Source: Bdellovibrionota bacterium
GTDB taxonomy: Bacteria; Bdellovibrionota; Bdellovibrionia; Bdellovibrionales; JAMPXM01
Reading direction: 5' to 3'
Length of the DNA stretch: 32,604 nucleotides
NCBI GenBank assembly: GCA_040384505.1
Contig: JAZKJB010000361.1
Coordinates: 1 to 32,604 of the forward strand
The notes under the pieces are model-generated. The model was not told where the DNA came from. It saw only the letters and a list, made by a program, of their open reading frames with translations, and ran no database searches. Shown piece after piece: positions 8,813-16,719 of the stretch. The position numbers and the translations under genes are program-made. The stretch's first letter is position 1. Each line of letters starts with the position of its first letter.

Positions 8813-9403
8813 CTAGCGAAAAAGTTCGGGGGTGGTGGCGAAGATGACTTGGTCGACCCAGCGGCCGTCTTGGTTCCAGAAGTGTTTACGGATTCCTTCT
8901 CGAGTGAGGCCAGCGCTCTTCGCGAGAGCGATCGAAGCTTTGTTGTCGGTATCGATCACAGCTTCGAGGCGATGGAACTTCAGGTCTTCGAAAGCGATTT
9001 TCACGAGACCGCGGACCGCTTCGCGGGCGTAGCCGTTTCCGCGGTACGTGTTCACGACGTAGTAACCGATGTCGGCCCATTGGTACGGTTGGCGCACGAT
9101 GGTTTTCACGTCCATAAAACCGACGTATTCTCCGCTCTTCAGGAAGATGTTGTAGACGTAGCGCGAGTCTTCTTTCGCGGTCCTTCTTTGTTCGAGAACG
9201 CTCTTTCGAAATTTCTCGCGGGTCAGATCCTTCAAGACGAGAGGCGGAGTATCGAACTTGTCGCGCCGAGGTCCGGCTTTCTTTTGCGTTTCCACGAGAC
9301 GCGAATAATCCGAGAGCTTCCATGGGCGAATCACGAGTCTCCGTGTCGTGCGCCCTTTCGCGATCATCGAACTCGAAATCTTCGTGCTCGAAACCTTCTT
9401 CAT
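8813..9403 (-). CDS. GNAT family N-acetyltransferase (RimJ/RimL-like)
   Basis: ORF track 8813..9562. Start set at ATG 9403, which overlaps the upstream stop (ATGA). LVIRPWKLSDY, GYYVVNTYRGNGYAREAVRGLVKIAFEDLKFHRLEAVIDTDNKASIALAKSAGLTREG is a typical RimJ/L-type acetyl-CoA binding core. Confidence 0.85.
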   Translation of the reverse strand: MKKVSSTKISSSMIAKGRTTRRLVIRPWKLSDYSRLVETQKKAGPRRDKFDTPPLVLKDLTREKFRKSVLEQRRTAKEDSRYVYNIFLKSGEYVGFMDVKTIVRQPYQWADIGYYVVNTYRGNGYAREAVRGLVKIAFEDLKFHRLEAVIDTDNKASIALAKSAGLTREGIRKHFWNQDGRWVDQVIFATTPELFR

Positions 9404-10212
9404 TGAACCCCGTCTTCCTTCGGCCATCGATAGACGCCGATCATTTTTTCGGTTGGCTCGAAGCCGCACGATTTGTAAATTCGCACGGGGTGATCGCCTT
9501 CGTCGGCGATCATGACGAGCGTTTTTGCTCCGTGATCGAGCGCATGTTGCCCCGCTTTCCACACCAGCGTTCCGGCGAGTCCTTTGCGGCGATGATCGGG
9601 ATGAGTCATGACGTTTTGATATCGAGCGATCCCGTCAGACGAAACGTAGATGCCGAGATCCGCGACGAGTGTTTGACCTAGGAAAGCGCCGTACCAGTGA
9701 CCGAGGCCGGCCTCAGCCATTCGGCGATACCTGCGCATCTGCTTCATCTTGAAGACGTTGAAAGGACCCTCGGCCAAATGCGCGGGTCGGGAGTTGATCT
9801 GGTTTTCATAGCTCGCCTGCCACTCGTCATCGGTCTCGAGCGGGCGCACGACGGCGTCGTCGTTCACTTTCGGTGGAGCATGAACTTTCTTTGCCGTGAT
9901 CACGAGCGACTCTTCGAACTTGAATCCTAGTTCGATGAAAAGCTGACCCGCTCCTCGTTCGGCAGCGGGTGAATCCCACGCGAACGTGCAGTGCTTCACT
10001 TTCGGTTCGTGCGCGAAGGCTTCAGCGAACATCTTTGGCCAACGATCGACGTCTTCCGCGCGAGGAGGTTCGCGGAAGATCAGCAGGTTTCCCCAGAAGA
10101 AGCCGGGATTGTCGAGGGTCTGGACATAAACGTGATCGCCACGGTCTTCGATTTTGTTTTCGAAGCCGTTCACGAGGAGCTCGGTCTGATATCCGAGAGA
10201 GCGAAGTTTCAT
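9400..10212 (-). CDS. GNAT family N-acetyltransferase (two-lobe, ~270 aa)
   Basis: C-terminal half has VMTHPDHRRKGLAGTLVWKAGQHALDHGAKTLVMIADEGDHPVRIYKSCGFE (R/Q-x-x-G-x-G/A motif A). The N-terminal half looks like a degenerate GNAT lobe. Confidence 0.85.
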   Translation of the reverse strand: MKLRSLGYQTELLVNGFENKIEDRGDHVYVQTLDNPGFFWGNLLIFREPPRAEDVDRWPKMFAEAFAHEPKVKHCTFAWDSPAAERGAGQLFIELGFKFEESLVITAKKVHAPPKVNDDAVVRPLETDDEWQASYENQINSRPAHLAEGPFNVFKMKQMRRYRRMAEAGLGHWYGAFLGQTLVADLGIYVSSDGIARYQNVMTHPDHRRKGLAGTLVWKAGQHALDHGAKTLVMIADEGDHPVRIYKSCGFEPTEKMIGVYRWPKEDGVQ

Positions 10213-10444
10213 CGTTCTGGGTTATTGGAAGACGCGGGCGAAGTAAAGGACACGTCTCGGCTCCGGCCCAAGAGCGCGTGACAGCTGTCCATTCTGAAGA
10301 CAGTTTCGCCCCCGAAGGCTTGGCCTTTTTCATTAGAGTTTTCAAGAAGTTGCGAGATTGCCCTGACGCACGAGGGCCTGGACACATGCTTGCAATACAA
10401 GGGTTCGACAGGCCGAATTGCGCGAAGAGCGCAGGAGATGTGCG

Positions 10445-11662
10445 ATGGCGAAATTCAAATTCGAAGTTCTGACATCCGCGATCCTCGCCCTTTCTTTCGC
10501 GTTTCCAGCGCAAGCCGCGGAGCTGCCGACCAAGAAACCGGCCAGCGATGGAATGGCGATCAAGCTCGTGCCCGCACGCAAGTACGGCGGCAAAATGCCG
10601 AAGCGTACGAAAGAAAAGAGCGTGCGTCTGAAAAAGACTCCTCCGCAATCGGTGACCGTTCGCGGATCGAAACTTCCGATGACGATCACGGCATCCGCGA
10701 AAAAAACCGTCATTCCCGAACAGAACATGCAGAAGATCGCAGCCCCGACTCGGCCCGTGTCGAAAACGATCGCGGTCGTGCAGAATCCGCCGCCGAGACG
10801 CGCGAAAGAAACTCAAACGCTCGCCCAGAACGATCTCCCTGCGGAGAAGGACCTCGTCGATACGCTCGACAGCCTCCCCGTCACGAGCGAAAAAGCTCCC
10901 GCTCCGATGCTGAGCACTCGCATCGCTTCGCCGGGGAAAGCGTCGGCTCCGATGTTCACGCCCATCCTTCAGCTTCGCAGCCGGGTCACGACGGGCCGCA
11001 AGTACGAACTCGAAGAAATCGGCGGAAAGAACTTCTCACGCAAACATGAAGTCTTTCTCGGCGCGAAACACTCGAGTGGGTTCGGCGCGAGCTTGACGGG
11101 TTCCGTTTCCGTCAGCTCGTTCGACGACGACACGAAGAACAAACAAACGACGAACGACATCACGACGATCCTGTACCATCCGACTCTCTACAAAGCCGAC
11201 GGCTGGGATTTCTACGGTTACGGCCGGGTGTACTTCCCGACTTCGGATGCCTCGAAGAAAACGAACTCGACTCATTACCTCTATGTCCTCGGGACCAACT
11301 ACGACTTCGGTGGCGGCTTCCGCCTCGAGAACTGCATCATCCCCCACTATTGGACGAAGGATTCGTTCGCGGATGACGACACGTACTTCCTCCTCGAGGA
11401 AGAGCTCATCGCGAAATACGACGTCAACAAAACGATCACGCTCGGTCTCGGACCCTACGCCCAGATCGACAGCCACGAACGCGCGGCTCCGGGCACGTCG
11501 ATCGAAATCACTCCGATCGTCGCCTTGAACCTCGGCGACCACGCGTACTTCGAATCGAAAATGTATCTCCCCGTGTACACCGACGGACAAGTCGGCGGCG
11601 GACCTCGTCGTGCGGCTCTCAGCGAGATCGCGGGCGAGTTTTACTTGAAACTTTGGCTTTGA
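10445..11662 (+). CDS. outer-membrane beta-barrel-like protein with long Lys/Pro-rich N-terminal extension
   Basis: ORF track 10418..11662 (TTG). ATG 10445 has AGGAG 8 nt upstream. Signal peptide MAKFKFEVLTSAILALSFAFPAQA/AE. About 170 aa of low-complexity K/P/T-rich sequence are followed by about 240 aa with an alternating aromatic/G/T strand pattern. Confidence 0.75.
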   Translation: MAKFKFEVLTSAILALSFAFPAQAAELPTKKPASDGMAIKLVPARKYGGKMPKRTKEKSVRLKKTPPQSVTVRGSKLPMTITASAKKTVIPEQNMQKIAAPTRPVSKTIAVVQNPPPRRAKETQTLAQNDLPAEKDLVDTLDSLPVTSEKAPAPMLSTRIASPGKASAPMFTPILQLRSRVTTGRKYELEEIGGKNFSRKHEVFLGAKHSSGFGASLTGSVSVSSFDDDTKNKQTTNDITTILYHPTLYKADGWDFYGYGRVYFPTSDASKKTNSTHYLYVLGTNYDFGGGFRLENCIIPHYWTKDSFADDDTYFLLEEELIAKYDVNKTITLGLGPYAQIDSHERAAPGTSIEITPIVALNLGDHAYFESKMYLPVYTDGQVGGGPRRAALSEIAGEFYLKLWL

Positions 11663-12281
11663 GTTCCTCGCTCACGGTCGCGAGGACGTCCTTCCAACGC
11701 TGGCGCAAGAGATCGCGCGATCTGGAATCGGGCAACTCGGTGTGCATGAACGCCAGAACGCTTTTCTCTCCCGGCCGCTTGATGATGAACATCTGCACGT
11801 AGGATTTGCGATCCCAGTCGGGGTCGCTCCAGCTGAAGCGCGCCCGCTCGCCTTTACGCATCGTTCGAAGTTCACCGAAGTAACCGTCTTCGGTTTCGAA
11901 AGTAGCCTTGGCTTCGACCGAAATCGGATCGAGCGGTTTCAGCCACGCGGCCTGACCCTCCTCGGAGACCAAAAACTTCCACACGAATTCGGCGTTACGA
12001 GGAAGTGACTTCGTCGCCGTGAGCGACCATCGTCCCTTCGCGTTGCGCCCATCGACCTTTTTGCCGATATGGATCTCGAAGCCTCCGGCGACGACGTGCT
12101 GCCACCACTGCGTGAGCTTGTACTTCTTCTTCAAGAAAGCCGCGATCTCGCGATGCTCCAGATTACGCGCGCCGGCCTTCTCGAGAATCGCGAGCCACTC
12201 GTCCCAAGTCTTGGACGTGTGCTTCACGAGGGACTCGTTTTTATACATGCCGATTTTCTCGACCGTGGTCTCGTTGGCCAT
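11619..12281 (-). CDS. DUF4287-like N-terminal domain plus SRPBCC (Aha1/START-like) domain protein
   Basis: ORF track 11619..12284 (GTG). The ATG at 12281 has GGAGG 4 nt upstream. WDEWLAILEKAGARNLEHREIAAFLKKKYKLTQWWQHVVAGGFE is followed by an SRPBCC-like beta-rich domain (FVWKFLVSEEGQAAWL...RFSWSDPDW). Confidence 0.8.
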   Translation of the reverse strand: MANETTVEKIGMYKNESLVKHTSKTWDEWLAILEKAGARNLEHREIAAFLKKKYKLTQWWQHVVAGGFEIHIGKKVDGRNAKGRWSLTATKSLPRNAEFVWKFLVSEEGQAAWLKPLDPISVEAKATFETEDGYFGELRTMRKGERARFSWSDPDWDRKSYVQMFIIKRPGEKSVLAFMHTELPDSRSRDLLRQRWKDVLATVSEELKAKVSSKTRPRSR

Positions 12282-12344
12282 CACGCCTCCAGTTTAGGGG
12301 CTGGACTCTTGCGGGGGTATGGGTCACCTGGTACTTTGAATCCC

Positions 12345-12767
12345 ATGGTCGACCATCGCTTCCCCGTTTCCGTGCATATCATGACGGCTCTCGCTTATCA
12401 CCAGGTCCATGGCGAGAAGCGCGCGACGTCGGAATATCTCGCGGGAAGTATTCGAACGAATCCGACGGTGATTCGTCGACTCGTGTCTCGCCTGGCTGAA
12501 GCGGGTCTGATTCATTCGTACAAAGGCAAGAGCGGCGGGATCGAGCTCGCGAAGAAGCCCGTCGAGATCACGCTGAAGGACATCTACAGCGCGGTTCTCG
12601 ACAAGCAATTGATCCAATCACCCGACAAAGCTCCGAAGAAACAGTGCCCCGTCAGCTGCTCGATGAAAAAAATCATGAGCGACGTGATCGACGGACTCGA
12701 GAGTCAGTCGCTCGACTATCTCGGACAGATCAAGCTCGCCGACATCGTCGGCAAGATCGAAAACTAA
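12345..12767 (+). CDS. Rrf2 (BadM/Rrf2) family transcriptional regulator
   Basis: ORF track 12069..12767; the protein-like part starts at ATG 12345. MVDHRFPVSVHIMTALAYH...SEYLAGSIRTNPTVIRRLVSRLAEAGLIHSYKGKSGGIELAK is the Rrf2 winged helix-turn-helix. Confidence 0.85.
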   Translation: MVDHRFPVSVHIMTALAYHQVHGEKRATSEYLAGSIRTNPTVIRRLVSRLAEAGLIHSYKGKSGGIELAKKPVEITLKDIYSAVLDKQLIQSPDKAPKKQCPVSCSMKKIMSDVIDGLESQSLDYLGQIKLADIVGKIEN

Positions 12768-13430
12768 TCACACGATTTCTTTCAACGTGATCGGGAACAC
12801 GGCCGTCGGGATCGCCTCCCCTTGCCGCAACACCAACTCCGAAATCACGCGGTCGCGTTGAAGCGCCGGTATCGCACGAAGGATTCGATCGCGATCGTTC
12901 AGCTTCTGACCTTTGAAGTAGAGCTGCGTGATCAATTCCTCGTAACCGATCTTCGCGATCTTGAAATGGATGTGCGGAGGGCGATCCCAACCTGGAGCCG
13001 CCGGGTACGCGCCGGGAACGATCGTCTTGAATTTATAGGCGCCATTCGCGTCCGTGACCGCCCGACCCCAGTACTGGAAATTCGGATCGAGCGGCGCCGT
13101 GTTCGGATCGCCCGAATGATCGTAACGTCCCGACGTGCAGGCCTGCCAAATTTCGACGAGCGCGCCGTTGACGGGACGGCACTGCGAATCCGTTACGACA
13201 CCTTCGACGACGATCACTTGTCCGAGCGCTCGTCCATTTTGAGTGAGATCGGTATCGTCTTCTCCCGCGGTATTTTCGGGATAAAAGGGACCTTCGGTCT
13301 GCGCAGGCGTCAGCCCTCCGCAAAGGGGCGATGCGGCTCTCGCGCCGCCGATCGCCGTGAAGAATACGGCGGCTCCGAGGCCGCTTTGCAAGATCCGTCT
13401 CTTTTTCATGTCCACGTTGGTTTTCGACAT
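12768..13430 (-). CDS. intradiol ring-cleavage dioxygenase family protein with Tat-type signal
   Basis: ORF track 12768..13457. ATG 13430 has GGAG 5 nt upstream. KKRRILQSGLGAAVFFTAIGGARAA is a Tat-like leader. TEGPFYP..., VEIWQACTSGRYDH, PPHIHFKI are intradiol dioxygenase hallmarks (Tyr/His iron ligands). Confidence 0.85.
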   Translation of the reverse strand: MSKTNVDMKKRRILQSGLGAAVFFTAIGGARAASPLCGGLTPAQTEGPFYPENTAGEDDTDLTQNGRALGQVIVVEGVVTDSQCRPVNGALVEIWQACTSGRYDHSGDPNTAPLDPNFQYWGRAVTDANGAYKFKTIVPGAYPAAPGWDRPPHIHFKIAKIGYEELITQLYFKGQKLNDRDRILRAIPALQRDRVISELVLRQGEAIPTAVFPITLKEIV

Positions 13431-13517
13431 CGGGGTCTCCTTCTCTGGAGAAAGCAATAGACCCGCAGTAGAGATAAGTGAAATATATAGCTCGAATGTT
13501 CACCATAGAGGTTACCT

Positions 13518-14372
13518 ATGTCTCCGATCAACTCCGCCGACCTGGCTTACTTCTCCGAGATCGCACGAACCCAGAATCTCTCTCGCGCGGCCGAACGCCT
13601 GGGTGTGACCCAGCCGAGCTTGAGTCTCGCGATCAAGAGACTCGAGTCGTCGGTCGGCACTCCACTCTTGTTGCGTAAACGTCAGGGCGTCAGCCTCACG
13701 GATGCGGGTCGCGTTCTCTTGATCGAAAGCGAGAACTTCCTCCGGAGTTGGGAGAACATCGTCTCACGCGTCCAATCTTCTCAAAATCGGGTGCAGGGAA
13801 TCGTGCGACTCGGTTGTCATTCGGCGGTCGCGCTCTACTCGCTTCCGCTCTTCATGAAGAAATTCGTCGACGACTTCCCCGAGGTCGAAGTGCGCCTCGT
13901 GCACGACCTCTCCCGGAAAATTTCGGAAGGGGTCATCAGCCAGCAAATCGATCTCGGCCTCGTCATCAATCCCATCGCGCATCCCGATCTCATCGTGCGC
14001 AAGCTCGCCACCGACCGAGTCACGTTCTGGAAGAGCAAGAGCTTTCGAAAAACCCATGGGCGCAATCTGATCGTCGATCCCGATCTCGTCCAAACGCAGA
14101 CCCTGCTCAGGAAAGCTGCGAAGTCGACCGGCGGAGAGTTACGCCTGTTGCCGACGAGTCAGCTCGACGTCGCGCGTGAGCTTTGTGCTTTAGGCGTAGG
14201 CATCGCGATCCTTCCCGAACGTGTCGCCCGCTTCGGGGATTCGAACCTCGAGCCGATCGATGGAATGCCAGTTTTCATGGACGAGCTGGCGCTGGTGTAC
14301 CGAGTCGAAAGAAAAAAACAGAAGCTTGTCTCTGAATTCGCCCAAGCCATAGCCGACGGCTTTCGCGCATAG
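13518..14372 (+). CDS. LysR family transcriptional regulator
   Basis: LAYFSEIARTQNLSRAAERLGVTQPSLSLAIKRLESSVGTPLLLR is the LysR helix-turn-helix, followed by a substrate-binding domain. Divergent from the dioxygenase gene. Confidence 0.95.
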   Translation: MSPINSADLAYFSEIARTQNLSRAAERLGVTQPSLSLAIKRLESSVGTPLLLRKRQGVSLTDAGRVLLIESENFLRSWENIVSRVQSSQNRVQGIVRLGCHSAVALYSLPLFMKKFVDDFPEVEVRLVHDLSRKISEGVISQQIDLGLVINPIAHPDLIVRKLATDRVTFWKSKSFRKTHGRNLIVDPDLVQTQTLLRKAAKSTGGELRLLPTSQLDVARELCALGVGIAILPERVARFGDSNLEPIDGMPVFMDELALVYRVERKKQKLVSEFAQAIADGFRA

Positions 14373-14418
14373 GGTCACATGGTTGCCCGACCCGAAACGA
14401 GAGATTAGCTTTGAGCAC

Positions 14419-15927
14419 ATGATCAAACATCTGCTCCCCCTCCTCCTCGTCGCGTTATTTCCTTTCACGTCCGTTGCCGCGCCCATGTCGGTCACGGCTT
14501 ACCTACGAAAACCAAAGCTCGTCGTGGTTCTCGTCGTCGACCAGTTCCGGTCCGACATGCTCACGCGAAATGCGTCGTCTTTCTTGCCCGCGGGAACTTC
14601 GAAAGCACCCGGTGGCTTCGCTTACCTGATGAATGGCGCTTGGTACCCGTTCGCCGAGTACGGCGGTCTCCAAGATATGACCTGCCCGGGACACGCGACG
14701 ATCTTGAGCGGCTCACATCCCGCGAGCACGGGAATTTTCCTGAACGACTGGATCGATCGGTCGACGGGCAAACTCGTTTATTGCGCGCATGATGAAAAAG
14801 ACGGTCTTTCTCCGCGCAAGCTGCGCACGACGACGTTCGGCGACGAGCTTAAAGCGGCTAGCCCCAAATCGCGCGTCTACACCGTCGCGCTCAAGGATCG
14901 CAGCGCGATCATGCTCGGGGGACACCGTGCCGATCTCGCACTCTGGGTCGACGAAGCTTCGGGGCGCTGGGTGACTTCCACATATTATGGAAATGGACAG
15001 ATTCCCGCTTGGGTCAAAGCATCGAACGACGAGCTCGCGAAGGGCGCGGCACCGACCCGAAGTGAACCGACGATCGCGGCGGGCATCCGTGACGAATCGT
15101 CAGCGATCCAAACTGCGCTCGCGGCTCTGAAATCCGAAAAGCTCGGAAAAACTCCTGGTGTGACTGACATCTTGGCCCTGAGCCTTTCGTATCACGACAT
15201 CCTCGGGCACCAAGTCGGTCCCGACTCGAAGGTGCTTCGCGACTACACGATCGAAGAAGACAAACTCGTGAGCCGTTTTCTTCGAGGAGTCGCGAAAGAA
15301 ATGGGCTCGCTCGACGACGTCGTGATCGCGTTCACGGCCGATCACGGCATTCCCCCGTTGGCCGAAACGGTCGCGAAAGAATGGAAGTTCGACGCGGAAA
15401 CTCCGGATCTGAAAGCCCTCACGAAAAAAGTCGAAGCCGAGCTTCAGAAAGCGTTGGGAACGAAGAAGACGCTGATCGCCGGTAGCTACGCTCTTCATTT
15501 CTATTTCGACCGAACCGCGATCGAAGATGCGAAGCTCGACATCGAACGAGTGGAAAAGGAGGCGAAAAAGATTCTCCTCCGTGAATCGTTCATCTTCGAC
15601 GTCGTGACGAAATCCGAGATCGAAGCGGGCCGCTATCCCGCGGGTGTGGTGGGTCAACAATTACGTAACGCTTTCGTTCGCGATCGCAGCGGCGACGTCA
15701 TCGGGATCTTCAAGCCGTTCAGCTACCAGAAAGGTGCGCCAGTGACACACATGACCGGCTGGAGCTACGATCGCAGCGTCCCCGTGATCTTGGTCGGAAA
15801 AGCCTTCAAGCCAGGCGTCTATGCGGGTGGAATGGTCGTCGACATCGCACCGACGCTGAGCTTCCTATTCGGAGTGCTCCCCCCCGCCATGAACGAAGGC
15901 AAAGTCTTGAGCGAAGCGATTCGTTGA
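14419..15927 (+). CDS. alkaline phosphatase superfamily protein (nucleotide pyrophosphatase/phosphodiesterase-like)
   Basis: ORF track 14383..15927 (TTG). ATG 14419 gives the signal peptide MIKHLLPLLLVALFPFTSVAA. Metal and nucleophile motifs: VVLVVDQFRSDML, MTCPGHATILSGSHPASTGI, FTADHG. Confidence 0.9.
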   Translation: MIKHLLPLLLVALFPFTSVAAPMSVTAYLRKPKLVVVLVVDQFRSDMLTRNASSFLPAGTSKAPGGFAYLMNGAWYPFAEYGGLQDMTCPGHATILSGSHPASTGIFLNDWIDRSTGKLVYCAHDEKDGLSPRKLRTTTFGDELKAASPKSRVYTVALKDRSAIMLGGHRADLALWVDEASGRWVTSTYYGNGQIPAWVKASNDELAKGAAPTRSEPTIAAGIRDESSAIQTALAALKSEKLGKTPGVTDILALSLSYHDILGHQVGPDSKVLRDYTIEEDKLVSRFLRGVAKEMGSLDDVVIAFTADHGIPPLAETVAKEWKFDAETPDLKALTKKVEAELQKALGTKKTLIAGSYALHFYFDRTAIEDAKLDIERVEKEAKKILLRESFIFDVVTKSEIEAGRYPAGVVGQQLRNAFVRDRSGDVIGIFKPFSYQKGAPVTHMTGWSYDRSVPVILVGKAFKPGVYAGGMVVDIAPTLSFLFGVLPPAMNEGKVLSEAIR

Positions 15928-15998
15928 ACGGAGCGTTTCGGCCCATCTAGGCGAAGGTCTGGGTTTACAATCGGAACTAAATAAATCACGATGAGGGC

Positions 15999-16694
15999 AT
16001 GAAAACACTTCTTCGGCTCTCACTTCCGGTGGCTTTGGCTTTCACTACTTTGCTTCTCATTGGTTGCAACCGTGCGCCGTCAGTCGGTGCACTGAAGACC
16101 GATCAGCAGCAACAGGCCTACTCGATCGGTTTCCGTTACGGTCAAAGTTTGGCGACTCAAACGCCGGGTCTCGACATCGATACCCTCGCGGCTGCGATCG
16201 CCGAAGGCTACAAGAAGCAAACACCGAAGCTTACCGACGCCGAAATGGAAAGTGCGCTGCAAAAGCTCTTCGTCACGAAGCGTGACGAGTTGGTCGCTGC
16301 GAACTTGAAACGCCAGCAAGACGGCACGGCCTTCCTTCAAGACGCGCTCACGAAGGGCTTCAAAGCCACGAAGACCGGGGTCGCTTACCGCGAAGTCGTT
16401 CCGGGAAAAGGCGCAAAGCCCGCGATGAACTCGAAGGTCATGCTTCGCTACAAAGCTTTGCTGCCTGACGGGAACGTCGTCGATTCGACCGCGGACAAGC
16501 CGGATTCCGCCGAGACTTTCAAAGTCGCGGACTTGATCCCGGGTTTGAAAGAAGCCGTTTCGATGATGCCGGTCGGCTCGCGCTGGAACGTCCTCGTTCC
16601 GCCCGAGCAAGGTTACGGCGCCGCCGGCACCGCGAAGGTTCCGCCGAACGCACTCGTGATCTACGATCTCGAGCTCGTTTCCGTCGTGAAGTGA
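15999..16694 (+). CDS. FKBP-type peptidyl-prolyl cis-trans isomerase lipoprotein (FkpA/Mip-like)
   Basis: Lipobox LLLIGC. N-terminal helical dimerisation-type region, then an FKBP core (VMLRYKALLPDGNVVDST...FKVADLIPGLKEAVSMMPVGSRWNVLVPPEQGYG...LVIYDLELVSV). Confidence 0.9.
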   Translation: MKTLLRLSLPVALAFTTLLLIGCNRAPSVGALKTDQQQQAYSIGFRYGQSLATQTPGLDIDTLAAAIAEGYKKQTPKLTDAEMESALQKLFVTKRDELVAANLKRQQDGTAFLQDALTKGFKATKTGVAYREVVPGKGAKPAMNSKVMLRYKALLPDGNVVDSTADKPDSAETFKVADLIPGLKEAVSMMPVGSRWNVLVPPEQGYGAAGTAKVPPNALVIYDLELVSVVK

Positions 16695-16719
16695 TTCGCC
16701 GGCCGCTCTAGGGTCGAGC

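Noticed and set aside
10395-10420. GGGTTCGAC segment resembling a tRNA T-loop in the 232-nt intergenic region
   Set aside because: No flanking T-stem complementarity, acceptor stem or anticodon arm could be drawn. No other intergenic region has tRNA-like structure either.
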